From positions 1 through 56,791 of IMG/VR virus record IMGVR_UViG_3300030060_005193: DNA of 56,791 bases; one strand, 5' to 3'. The stretch's first letter is position 1; the number at the start of each line of letters is the position of its first letter. Made by a program: the position numbers and the translations under genes. Below are positions 16,869 to 25,815 of this stretch, piece by piece. Under the pieces are notes generated by a model, which saw nothing but the letters and a program-made list of their open reading frames with translations, was not told where the DNA came from and ran no database searches. The DNA comes from a virus. Lineage: Duplodnaviria; Caudoviricetes.

Positions 16869-19800
16869 ATGGCAACCTATGTAAACGATTTAAGACTTAA
16901 AGAAATAGGCACAGGTGAGTCTAGCGGTACCTGGGGAACAGAAACCAATACTAACCTAGAGCTTATAGCGGAGGCCTTTAGTTTTGGCACCGAGGCGATT
17001 ACTACCAATGCAGACACTCATACCACAACAATAGCAGACGGGTCTACTGACCCTGGACGTTCACTTTATTTAAAATATACAGGTACTCTTGATAGTGCTT
17101 GTACTATTACTATTGGACCAAACACAGTATCTAAACTTTGGTTTATAGAAAACGGAACATCTGGCTCACAAAACATTATTATTTCACAAGGCAGTGGTGC
17201 AAGCATAACCATACCCGCTGGCCATGTAAAAGCTATATATTCAGACGGAGCTGGTTCTGGTGCAGCTATGGTAGATGCCTTTACTGATTTAAACTTAGCA
17301 GGAACCACTACAGTTGACGCTTTAAATGTAAGCGGAGCATTGACAGGTTCAAGCACCATACAAGGTACAACTATTACTGCAACTACAGCATTTGTTCCAG
17401 ATGCTAGTGACGGAGCTGCTTTAGGTACAACATCATTAGAATTTAGTGATTTATTTTTAGCAGACGGTGCAGTTATAAATTTAGGTGATGACCAAGACAC
17501 CACCCTTACTCATGTTGCAGATACAGGCATACTTTTAAATAGCACAAGACAATTACAGTTTGGTGATTCTGGAACTTATATACATCAATCAGCAGATGGA
17601 GTATTAGACTTAGTATCTGATACTGAAATAGAGATTAACGCTACAACTATTGATATGAATGGTGCAGCAGATGTATCTGGTGCTTTAACTGCTGGAACTA
17701 TAAATGGCGTAGGTATATCTTCTAATATATCTAACTTTTCACAAAGTATTCTTATTAGTCAAGATGCGGGTACGGGTACTTTATCTACAGCCTCTAATAA
17801 TACAGGCTTAGGGTATGAAGTTTTTAATGTGCTTACTTCTGGTGATGATAATACTGGTCTTGGTCGTAAAGCATTTTTAAATTTAACAACTGGTACTGAT
17901 AATGTTGCTATTGGTTCTGGAGCTATGGCAGACACTACAACAGGTTCTTCTAATACTACTGTAGGAAAAAATGCTGGTTCAGGCATAACCACAGCAGATA
18001 ATAATACAGCAGTTGGAGCTAGTGCTTTAGCAGTAAACACCACAGGTGTAAAAAATACAGCCTTCGGTGCTTTTGCGTTAGATGCTAACACCACAGCTGA
18101 AGAAAACACAGCAGTTGGATATAACGCATTAACAGACAACACTACAGGACACTCTAATGTTGCTATAGGTTCAGATACTTTAGCAAATAATACTACTGCC
18201 AACCACAACACAGCAGTTGGTAGAGAAGCTATGATAACTAATACCACAGGTGCTAGTAACACAGCTTTGGGCAGACAGGCTTTACAAGCAAATACAACAG
18301 CAAGTAATAACACAGCAGTTGGTTATCAATCTTTATACGCAAACACTACAGGCACAGAAAATGTTGCAGTTGGTAAAGGTGCTATGGACGCAACAACAAC
18401 TGGTGGTTACAACACAGCCGTAGGAACAGATGCACTAGGAGCTAATACCACAGCAACTTTTAATACAGCCATAGGCAGAAACGCTTTATTAGTTAATACC
18501 ACAGGTGCTTCTAATGTTGCTGTTGGTGGTCAAGCACTAGATGCTAATACGACTGCTTCAAATAACACAGCCGTTGGAACATCTGCTCTCGGTGCAAATA
18601 CCACAGGAGCATCAAATGTAGCTGTTGGAACAGATAGTTTACAACAAAATACTACTGCAGATAACAACACAGCAGTAGGTAAAGATGCTTTAAAAACAAA
18701 CACTACAGGTGCTTCAAACACGGCAGTTGGAGCTGTAGCTTTAGCATCTCACACCACAGCAAACAGTTGTACTGCAGTTGGTTATAATGCTCTAAACGCT
18801 AATACAACTGGTGCTAACAATACCGCTATTGGAGCAGGTGCATTAGATTTAAACACTACGGGAGCAAGAAATGTAGCAGTTGGTACAGCTGCTTTAGATG
18901 CTTTAACAACAGAAAATGACAATACTGCTATTGGTTATAATGCTTTAGGTGCAGAAACAACAGGATTCAGAAATGTTGCGGTTGGTTCAAATGCAGGTGC
19001 TACACAAAATACTGGAACAAATAACACCTTAGTTGGTTATAATTCTGGTACAGCAATTACAACTGCTGATGCAAACACTATTATAGGTTCAGATGCGGGT
19101 GATGCTTTAACAACTGGAGCAGATAATGTAGCTGTAGGACAAAATTCTTTAGGTGCAGCTACAACTTCCTCAAATAATACAGCAATCGGACATGATGCTA
19201 TGACTGCTAATACTGGCGGTTTTGATGGGGTTGCCGTAGGTAGTAATTCTTTATACAGTAATACAGGTGGAGAAAGATGTACTGCTGTTGGTATGTCATC
19301 TTTATATTCAAATTCAACTGCTAGTTATAATACAGCGTTAGGTGCATACTCTGGTTATAGCACAACTACAGGAGCACAAAATGTAGCATTAGGTTATGTT
19401 GCTCACTATGCTAATACTACGGGTGTAAGTAATGTAGCCATTGGTTATGCTGCATTAGACGCAGCGAATTCTAATGATAATGTTTGTGTTGGGCATAATG
19501 CTGGAACTGGTATTACCACAGGAGGTTCAAATACTTGTATAGGTTCTGCAGCAGGAGATGCGATTCAATCAGGAGCTTCTAATATAATTATTGGTGTAAG
19601 TTCAGATTGTCCACATGACGGCACAAATTGTATAGCTTTAGGTATTAATGTTGTAAATACTACTAATGACCAATTTAGCTTCGGTAAAGCCAGTAATGTT
19701 GTTTCTAATGTATTTACCTCTAACGCTAGTTTTTCAAGAAGTTCGGATTTACATAAAAAAACTAATATAAAAGATACAGATTTAGGTTTAAATTTTATTA

Positions 19801-20102
19801 ATGAATTAAAACCTGTCACATTTAATTGGAGACCTAATAGCGAGTTTCCAACACATTACAAAGATTATTCTGAAACAGAAAATCACATGGACACAGAAAC
19901 AAATCTGTATGGAATGATTGCACAAGATGTAGAAAAAGCATTAGATAAAGTAGGACATAAAAACTTTGGAGGTTGGTCAGAGGAAGAAGATGGTTCTCAA
20001 AGACTTTCACAAGAAATGTTTATATATCCTCTTATTAATGCAGTAAAAGAACTTTCTACGCAAGTAGAAGAATTAAAAGCTAAATTAAACAAAGGAGAAT
20101 AA
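16869..20102 (+). CDS. Tail fibre with YadA-head-like repeats and C-terminal intramolecular chaperone (peptidase S74)
   Basis: Dozens of NTAVG/NVAVG 14-aa repeats; SSDLHKKTNI, GMIAQDV, LINAVKEL. Confidence 0.9.
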   Translation: MATYVNDLRLKEIGTGESSGTWGTETNTNLELIAEAFSFGTEAITTNADTHTTTIADGSTDPGRSLYLKYTGTLDSACTITIGPNTVSKLWFIENGTSGSQNIIISQGSGASITIPAGHVKAIYSDGAGSGAAMVDAFTDLNLAGTTTVDALNVSGALTGSSTIQGTTITATTAFVPDASDGAALGTTSLEFSDLFLADGAVINLGDDQDTTLTHVADTGILLNSTRQLQFGDSGTYIHQSADGVLDLVSDTEIEINATTIDMNGAADVSGALTAGTINGVGISSNISNFSQSILISQDAGTGTLSTASNNTGLGYEVFNVLTSGDDNTGLGRKAFLNLTTGTDNVAIGSGAMADTTTGSSNTTVGKNAGSGITTADNNTAVGASALAVNTTGVKNTAFGAFALDANTTAEENTAVGYNALTDNTTGHSNVAIGSDTLANNTTANHNTAVGREAMITNTTGASNTALGRQALQANTTASNNTAVGYQSLYANTTGTENVAVGKGAMDATTTGGYNTAVGTDALGANTTATFNTAIGRNALLVNTTGASNVAVGGQALDANTTASNNTAVGTSALGANTTGASNVAVGTDSLQQNTTADNNTAVGKDALKTNTTGASNTAVGAVALASHTTANSCTAVGYNALNANTTGANNTAIGAGALDLNTTGARNVAVGTAALDALTTENDNTAIGYNALGAETTGFRNVAVGSNAGATQNTGTNNTLVGYNSGTAITTADANTIIGSDAGDALTTGADNVAVGQNSLGAATTSSNNTAIGHDAMTANTGGFDGVAVGSNSLYSNTGGERCTAVGMSSLYSNSTASYNTALGAYSGYSTTTGAQNVALGYVAHYANTTGVSNVAIGYAALDAANSNDNVCVGHNAGTGITTGGSNTCIGSAAGDAIQSGASNIIIGVSSDCPHDGTNCIALGINVVNTTNDQFSFGKASNVVSNVFTSNASFSRSSDLHKKTNIKDTDLGLNFINELKPVTFNWRPNSEFPTHYKDYSETENHMDTETNLYGMIAQDVEKALDKVGHKNFGGWSEEEDGSQRLSQEMFIYPLINAVKELSTQVEELKAKLNKGE
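17790..19645 (+). repeat. In-frame degenerate 42-bp (14-aa) tandem repeat region of the tail fibre
   Basis: Repeating N(T/V)A(V/I)GxxA(L/M)xxNTT(G/A). Confidence 0.85.
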
Positions 20103-20103
20103 T

Positions 20104-20436
20104 ATGGCAGTAACAAAAACAATAACAGCTTGTACACCTTATGAAAACTCATCTAGTAAAGTAGATAAGTGGAATATAGATATGAAGTATGAAAATGATA
20201 GTGAGGGTGATAGCACTTACTATACTTCTACTTTTAATACTACAGTTAATCAACTTGATGATGATGGAAACGCTAATTTTACATTAAAAGCTAAAAGCAG
20301 CTGGTCTAATTCTGACTTAGTGGCAATATGCCCTGTATCACAATGGGATACAGTATTTGCTAGTCAAGTAGATAGCGTTATAACTAACCCACCAGTAGAA
20401 AGCACACCAGACCAAGCATTTAACGTACCTAGTTAA
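20104..20436 (+). CDS. Hypothetical protein, probably tail-fibre associated
   Basis: Directly follows the fibre gene, AGGAG RBS. Confidence 0.6.
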   Translation: MAVTKTITACTPYENSSSKVDKWNIDMKYENDSEGDSTYYTSTFNTTVNQLDDDGNANFTLKAKSSWSNSDLVAICPVSQWDTVFASQVDSVITNPPVESTPDQAFNVPS

Positions 20437-20438
20437 GT

Positions 20439-21146
20439 ATGAATGAAGGTGAATTTCAAATTCATACTATGCCTGCGGTATATGTGCTAGAAACACAAAT
20501 GCCACAGCAAATGATTGATGATGTTAATGATTATATGGACGAGTATAGAGAAGATAAAAATAAAGAATCATTAGCAAAAACTTTAGTAGGACAAATAGAT
20601 AAAGGAGAACAATTACTGTTAGACCACAATGATAAAAGAATGGTTGAATATAATAATTTTATCTGTCAGCTTGGTGTTGAGTATATTAATCATTTTGGTA
20701 AGTCAGGCAATACTGTTAAAGGACCCAAACAAGTTCAGATAGATGAAACTTGGTCAGTACATAGTTACGATGGTGATTACAACCCCATACATGACCACGG
20801 CACTAAAACATTAATGGGCATATCTACTACAGCCTGGACTAAAGTACCACCACAAATAGGTAATGTTAATGCACAATCACCAACTTACTCTTTATATAAC
20901 GAAAGCGGACACTCAGACGGCTGTATAGCATTTCAATACGGACAAGTATCAGTTATAGACGGTGAAAGATTAAAACCAGCTCAATCATTTGTTATGACCC
21001 CAGAAGTAGGAAAACTATTAGTGTTTCCTTCTTGGTTACAACACATGGTCTATCCCTTTAAAGGTAAAGGAGAAAGACGAACTATAGCGTCAAACCTTAA
21101 TTGTTTTGATATAATAAATGAAAATGCTAGTAGCGAGGTAAACTAA
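20439..21146 (+). CDS. 2OG-Fe(II) oxygenase (TIGR02466-like)
   Basis: GDYNPIHDH, FPSWLQHMVYP, ERRT. Confidence 0.85.
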   Translation: MNEGEFQIHTMPAVYVLETQMPQQMIDDVNDYMDEYREDKNKESLAKTLVGQIDKGEQLLLDHNDKRMVEYNNFICQLGVEYINHFGKSGNTVKGPKQVQIDETWSVHSYDGDYNPIHDHGTKTLMGISTTAWTKVPPQIGNVNAQSPTYSLYNESGHSDGCIAFQYGQVSVIDGERLKPAQSFVMTPEVGKLLVFPSWLQHMVYPFKGKGERRTIASNLNCFDIINENASSEVN

Positions 21147-21362
21147 ATGGCGACGAAAAATAAAGAAACAAAGCCTGTAGAAATTGAATTAACGATTGAA
21201 CAACAGAATATGCAAGCTCATATCAACAGCTTGACAAAAAAAATACAAGCACATCAATTTGAAATTGAAGAACTTGTACCAAGTTTGCGAACTTATGAAC
21301 AAACATTGGCTAATAGTTTGCAAAACAATGCCAATGATAATCCAAAGGAGGATGAAAAATGA
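21147..21362 (+). CDS. Coiled-coil hypothetical protein
   Basis: ORF with GAGG RBS. Confidence 0.6.
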   Translation: MATKNKETKPVEIELTIEQQNMQAHINSLTKKIQAHQFEIEELVPSLRTYEQTLANSLQNNANDNPKEDEK

Positions 21363-21520
21363 TTGTAGATATAATAATGTGGGTAACAGCTATTGTTACA
21401 ATAAGCAGTTTGATAGCTGCTAGTACACCAACGCCAAAGGACGACGTTTGGATTGGTAAATTATACAAATTTATTGACATGTTAGCTTTAAACATAGGCA
21501 AAGCCAAGGATAAATCGTGA
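21359..21520 (+). CDS. Small membrane protein, holin-like (53 aa, not in the ORF track)
   Basis: Hydrophobic N-terminus, TPTPKDD, LALNIGKAK; AGGAGG RBS. Confidence 0.6.
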   Translation: MIVDIIMWVTAIVTISSLIAASTPTPKDDVWIGKLYKFIDMLALNIGKAKDKS

Positions 21521-21669
21521 GTTGGTGGAAAAAATTAGTAGACAAGGTCACTGGCACTAAAAGAGTTGAAGTAAGAGCTAGAAATAAAAAAGGACATTAT
21601 GTTGCTGATGACAAATCAACACCAGATGTAAATGAGGCTTACACAACCAAAAGAGTTAAAAAATCTTAA
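21517..21669 (+). CDS. Small basic protein (50 aa, not in the ORF track)
   Basis: GTGA coupling; RARNKKGHYVADDKSTPDVNEAY. Confidence 0.55.
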   Translation: MSWWKKLVDKVTGTKRVEVRARNKKGHYVADDKSTPDVNEAYTTKRVKKS

Positions 21670-21671
21670 TA

Positions 21672-21854
21672 ATGGCTACAGCAAAAGACGCTTTAAACAA
21701 AATAGAATCTCACGAAAGAGAGTGCAAAGCTTTATACAAAAGCATAGACAAGCGTCTTGAGGATGGCTCAAAAAGATTTGATAAATTAGAAAATATGATT
21801 TGGGCCGTATATCCTTTTATAGTAGCAAGCATAGTTTTAGCCAGGTTTATATAA
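21672..21854 (+). CDS. Coiled-coil plus C-terminal TM protein (lysis-associated type)
   Basis: HERECK...RLEDGSKRFDKLE then a hydrophobic tail. Confidence 0.6.
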   Translation: MATAKDALNKIESHERECKALYKSIDKRLEDGSKRFDKLENMIWAVYPFIVASIVLARFI

Positions 21855-22240
21855 TGAACGATACTAGCGGCAGATTTGGTGGCGACATGGATAGAAATGA
21901 AGTAGAAATGGACTTAAATAAGTTTATGGCTATGATTCAAGAAATATCAGAACTTAAAGATAAAATAAGAGATTTAGAAGCAGACGATAAAGTTAATCCT
22001 CACCAAAAATGGATTCACTTAGCAAAAGCAGTAGATTCTTGGAGAATATTCCCAAGAATGTTTTTAACAGTTTATATAGTTCTTCTTTATAAATGCACTA
22101 TATGGTTTATGGCTTTGCCAGAGCCAAGTTTTGAACAATCAGGCCTTATATCTATTGTTGTAGGCGCAGGCGCAGCTTGGTTTGGTTTATATGCAGGAAC
22201 CACAAACTCATCAAAAGGTTTTAAAGGCGAAGATACCTAA
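21854..22240 (+). CDS. Two-TM membrane protein, holin-like
   Basis: DSWRIFPR followed by two hydrophobic helices; start moved to MNDT. Confidence 0.55.
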   Translation: MNDTSGRFGGDMDRNEVEMDLNKFMAMIQEISELKDKIRDLEADDKVNPHQKWIHLAKAVDSWRIFPRMFLTVYIVLLYKCTIWFMALPEPSFEQSGLISIVVGAGAAWFGLYAGTTNSSKGFKGEDT

Positions 22241-22533
22241 TGGATGCTTTTGACCTTATAGAAAAGGTCGGATTACCAATAGCAAGCGGTTTAATAATGG
22301 GATATTTTATATTCCTAATTATGAAACAAATGATGACAGGCCTTGTCAACAAAATTAAAACAGTAGAAGGAATAGCAAAGATGCTTATTACTAGAGCATC
22401 AATAATGAATAACGATATGATTCGTATAGATACAAGCGTTTCTAGCGCTTTAAATTTAGCACCTGATTTAGATAGAATAGCCAGAGCAGAAAACTTTGTA
22501 GAAGATGGAAAGATAGACGCCAGAAGAGACTAA
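22240..22533 (+). CDS. N-terminal-TM coiled-coil protein A (curli-cassette associated)
   Basis: LIEKVG-TM-...NDMIRI; paralogous to next ORF. Confidence 0.65.
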   Translation: MDAFDLIEKVGLPIASGLIMGYFIFLIMKQMMTGLVNKIKTVEGIAKMLITRASIMNNDMIRIDTSVSSALNLAPDLDRIARAENFVEDGKIDARRD

Positions 22534-22799
22534 TGGATGTAGTGGCGTTAATTGAAAAGTTTGGTTTTGCTACTGTAATGGTAGTAGGCTTAGGATATTT
22601 TGTTTATTACGTATGGGTTACAGTTACTAAAACAGTAGAGCCTGCTGTAAGTGAAATGCAAAAAACCATTATAAGACTTACTGACCAACTTCGCCTGTTA
22701 GACCAAGATATGATACGATTACAACAGAAAGTTAATACTGTATTAGAATTAAATGAAAAGCAAAAAGACAAAAAAAGAACTTCATCAAGAAGAAGCTGA
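22533..22799 (+). CDS. N-terminal-TM coiled-coil protein B (curli-cassette associated)
   Basis: LIEKFG-TM-...QDMIRL. Confidence 0.65.
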   Translation: MDVVALIEKFGFATVMVVGLGYFVYYVWVTVTKTVEPAVSEMQKTIIRLTDQLRLLDQDMIRLQQKVNTVLELNEKQKDKKRTSSRRS

Positions 22800-23265
22800 A
22801 AAAACTTTAATAATGAGGTTGTTAGTAGTTTTTGGTATTGCTATGTTTTTTGGTATATTTGCACAAAATTTATGGTCTGACCAAATAGTACATAAATTTA
22901 AGTCGCCTAGTTTTAATGGCGTAGGAACATCATCTCATTACTTAACCATAGAAAACCAAGAACACACTCGCAAACTTACTCTTAAAGAAGAGATAAAAGC
23001 ATTACAAGATGAAATAAAAAGAGAGAAAGAAAACTCTACACTTGCAAGATTTATGCGTAACCTTGAATCAAGAGTCTATGCAGAGTTGTCCAGGCAACTG
23101 GTTAATAATCTGTTTGGAGAAACACCGCAAAGCTCAGGTACAATAACACTTGAAGGCAACACCATTGAATACACAAGCGATGGCGTAACATTAACCCTAA
23201 TTATAACCGAGCAAGATGGAACAATTACTCAAATCGTTATCCCTATTGGTACTTTTACTTTCTAG
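22753..23265 (+). CDS. csgF: Curli assembly protein CsgF-like
   Basis: Signal/TM segment then HKFKSPSFNG (CsgF FxNPxFGG-like), FMRNLESRVYAELSRQL, C-terminal GTITQIVIP; adjacent to csgG. Confidence 0.8.
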   Translation: MKSKKTKKELHQEEAEKTLIMRLLVVFGIAMFFGIFAQNLWSDQIVHKFKSPSFNGVGTSSHYLTIENQEHTRKLTLKEEIKALQDEIKREKENSTLARFMRNLESRVYAELSRQLVNNLFGETPQSSGTITLEGNTIEYTSDGVTLTLIITEQDGTITQIVIPIGTFTF

Positions 23266-24121
23266 TTGCTCTACGTTTGACCAACTTGAAGACACTTATG
23301 AACATAGGTTTTCTGCTCATAATGTTGTAAATATTCAAGATTTACAATCTACAGAACTTCAAAATGTACCAATTCCAGAAGTTAGTCCAGTTGTAGCTGT
23401 ATATCCGACAGCTTTTACCGACCAAACTGGACAAAGAAAAAGCAACAGTGAGTTTGCTTTGTTTAGTACCGCAATAACTCAACAGCCTAATGCTCTACTT
23501 ATCAGAGCTTTAAAACACGCTGGTAATGGCCAGTTTTTTAGAGTAGTAGAGCGAGTAGGACTAGATAACTTAACCAAAGAACGACAGCTTATAAGGTCTG
23601 CAAGAGAGCAAACCGCTAGTGAAGATGAAAAAAAGAAAGCACTTAGACCATTGTTGTTTGCTGGTATTTTGATAGAAGGTGCCGTAATTTCTTATGAATC
23701 TAATTTAGAAAGTGGGGGTTCTGGTGCCAGGTATCTAGGAATAGGTAAGAGCGTTCAATACAGAGAAGACAACATAACTGTAAGTTTGCGCATGGTGTCA
23801 GTAGCCACAGGAGAAGTGTTATTAGAAGTATTAAGCCAAAAAACTATATTTAGCTACGGAAAATCTGAGGATATATTTAGGTTTATTGAGGCTGGGACCG
23901 AGCTAGTGGAAGTAGAAATGGGTAATGCAAGAAATGAATCATCAACCATAGCTTTAATGAAAGCTATAGAAGGAGGTGTGCTAGAAATCGTAAATGATGG
24001 TTATGAAAAGGGTTTCTGGATTTTACAAAACAATAACCAAGGAGTAGAATTAAATGATGAAGAAATTAAAATTGATAAGCCTGATTGTGATGCTGACTGC
24101 GTTGACAACATACGCGGCTGA
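23216..24121 (+). CDS. csgG: Curli secretion channel lipoprotein CsgG
   Basis: Lipobox LSSC; VAVY..FTDQTGQRK, FSTAITQ, FRVVERVGLDNLTKERQLIRS, GARYLGIG. Confidence 0.92.
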   Translation: MEQLLKSLSLLVLLLSSCSTFDQLEDTYEHRFSAHNVVNIQDLQSTELQNVPIPEVSPVVAVYPTAFTDQTGQRKSNSEFALFSTAITQQPNALLIRALKHAGNGQFFRVVERVGLDNLTKERQLIRSAREQTASEDEKKKALRPLLFAGILIEGAVISYESNLESGGSGARYLGIGKSVQYREDNITVSLRMVSVATGEVLLEVLSQKTIFSYGKSEDIFRFIEAGTELVEVEMGNARNESSTIALMKAIEGGVLEIVNDGYEKGFWILQNNNQGVELNDEEIKIDKPDCDADCVDNIRG

Positions 24122-24788
24122 TAATGAAATATATGTAGACCAATCTGGTACTGGAGCAAATATAGACCTAGAACAACTAGGTATATCTAATATTATTGGT
24201 GGGTTAAATTCAACGGCTGGTAGTTTAAATGCCTTTGATTTAGATGGTAACAGCATGACACTTGATATAAACATGATAGGTGCAACTAACAAGTTTCTTG
24301 GTGATATATTTGCTGATAATTTTACAGGATTTTATGAATTTGATGGCGGTACAAATTCATTTACTATCCAGGTTGACCCAACAGATACTTACAGCTCAGA
24401 TGGCTCTAATCAAAATGTAGATGTTACAGGAAGCGGAAATACTTTTACTTTAAATCAAGGTACCTCAGCACTTGCATCACAGCTTGATTTAGATTGGATT
24501 ATTCAAGGCTCTAACAACACAATAACTTCAAACATAAACATAGATGGAGCTACAAATTATATGGACATAGACGGGTCCGATAATAATGTTACATATACTG
24601 GAACTGGAGTATCAGCTAGTGCGGGTGGATATTTCTACCTTGACCACACAGGAGGTTCAAGAACGTTTAATATCCAACAACTTAGCACACAAGACAATGA
24701 CTGGCTTAAAATCATATCCATTTCTGGTACTGCTGCTTCTACTGTTTGCGTCGTTCAAAACGACCAAGGTACAAGCACAAGCTGTTGA
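24054..24788 (+). CDS. Secreted curlin-like repeat protein (CsgA/CsgB-like)
   Basis: Signal peptide ending TYA; repeated beta-arc motifs (NEIYVDQSG, IDLEQLG.SN, IIQGSNN, IDGSDN). Confidence 0.65.
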   Translation: MMKKLKLISLIVMLTALTTYAADNEIYVDQSGTGANIDLEQLGISNIIGGLNSTAGSLNAFDLDGNSMTLDINMIGATNKFLGDIFADNFTGFYEFDGGTNSFTIQVDPTDTYSSDGSNQNVDVTGSGNTFTLNQGTSALASQLDLDWIIQGSNNTITSNINIDGATNYMDIDGSDNNVTYTGTGVSASAGGYFYLDHTGGSRTFNIQQLSTQDNDWLKIISISGTAASTVCVVQNDQGTSTSC

Positions 24789-25815
24789 TATTGGAGACAT
24801 ATCTGAATTAAATGGTACGGCACAAATTGTCAGAGATAAGCCATACGATGCAGATTTAAAGTTTGCGATACAAAGCAATGATGAGGCGATAACCAAAGAT
24901 GGTCGTATGGCTATTACCTTTCTTGATGATTCAACCGTAAAGCTAACTGAGCACTCGCAACTTTTAATAGATGAATACATTTATGACCCCGACCCAAGCA
25001 AATCTAAAATGGCCCTTACCTTTGGTCTTGGTACAGCAAGATTTATTACTGGTAACCTAAACCGTATAGATAAACAAAACATCACACTTAAAACACCTAC
25101 AGCCAACATAGCTATTCGTGGTACTGACTTTACTGCAACCGTTGATGAACTTGGGCGTAGTCTAATTATTCTTTTGCCAGATGCTTTTGGTTTATCTAGT
25201 GGCGAAATAGAAGTAGTTACTGCCATGGGAACTGTTTTGTTAAATAAACCTTATGAAGCTACGACAGTAAGTGTATTTGAGTCAGCTCCCACGAAACCAG
25301 TTATATTAGATTTAACTTTAGATGTTATTGATAACATGCTTATTGTTACACCACCGAAAGAAGAAGCAGTAATTGAAGAAGAGACAACAAGCACGCAAAC
25401 TGAAAGCGTGTTAGATTTTAATGACCTAGATATAGACTATTTAGCAGAAGATTATTTAAAAGATGATAGTTTAGAATTTACAGAGCTTGATATTAATTAC
25501 TTAGATGTAAACTATCTTGAAGATTTGCTAAATGTATTAGATGCTTTGGCTATAGACGAAGATGAAGACGCTTTAGCGCAAGCCACTAGCACACAAATAT
25601 CTGGCACTTTACTAGGACGGGACCCTGATACACAAATAACAACTCTTATAACAGGCAATTTGATTAGTATGCGAAGACAGGTCAATGAAAGCGTAAGGGT
25701 TGACTTAAACGGCTCTAACGCTTATACAGTAATATTAATACAAGATGGTATATCTAATGTTATTAAAATTAATGGAGGCAGCGATAGTATTATTACTATC
25801 ACTCAAAGTGATTAA
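24697..25815 (+). CDS. Periplasmic FecR-domain protein with acidic linker and curlin-like C-terminus
   Basis: Signal peptide from M at 24697; ITFLDDSTVKL, TPTANIAIRGTDF. Confidence 0.8.
   Translation: MTGLKSYPFLVLLLLLFASFKTTKVQAQAVDIGDISELNGTAQIVRDKPYDADLKFAIQSNDEAITKDGRMAITFLDDSTVKLTEHSQLLIDEYIYDPDPSKSKMALTFGLGTARFITGNLNRIDKQNITLKTPTANIAIRGTDFTATVDELGRSLIILLPDAFGLSSGEIEVVTAMGTVLLNKPYEATTVSVFESAPTKPVILDLTLDVIDNMLIVTPPKEEAVIEEETTSTQTESVLDFNDLDIDYLAEDYLKDDSLEFTELDINYLDVNYLEDLLNVLDALAIDEDEDALAQATSTQISGTLLGRDPDTQITTLITGNLISMRRQVNESVRVDLNGSNAYTVILIQDGISNVIKINGGSDSIITITQSD

Noticed and set aside
17790-19645. Long periodic DNA as a possible array or diversity-generating retroelement
   Set aside because: Explained by YadA-like tail-fibre peptide repeats; no reverse transcriptase or template/variable repeat pair seen
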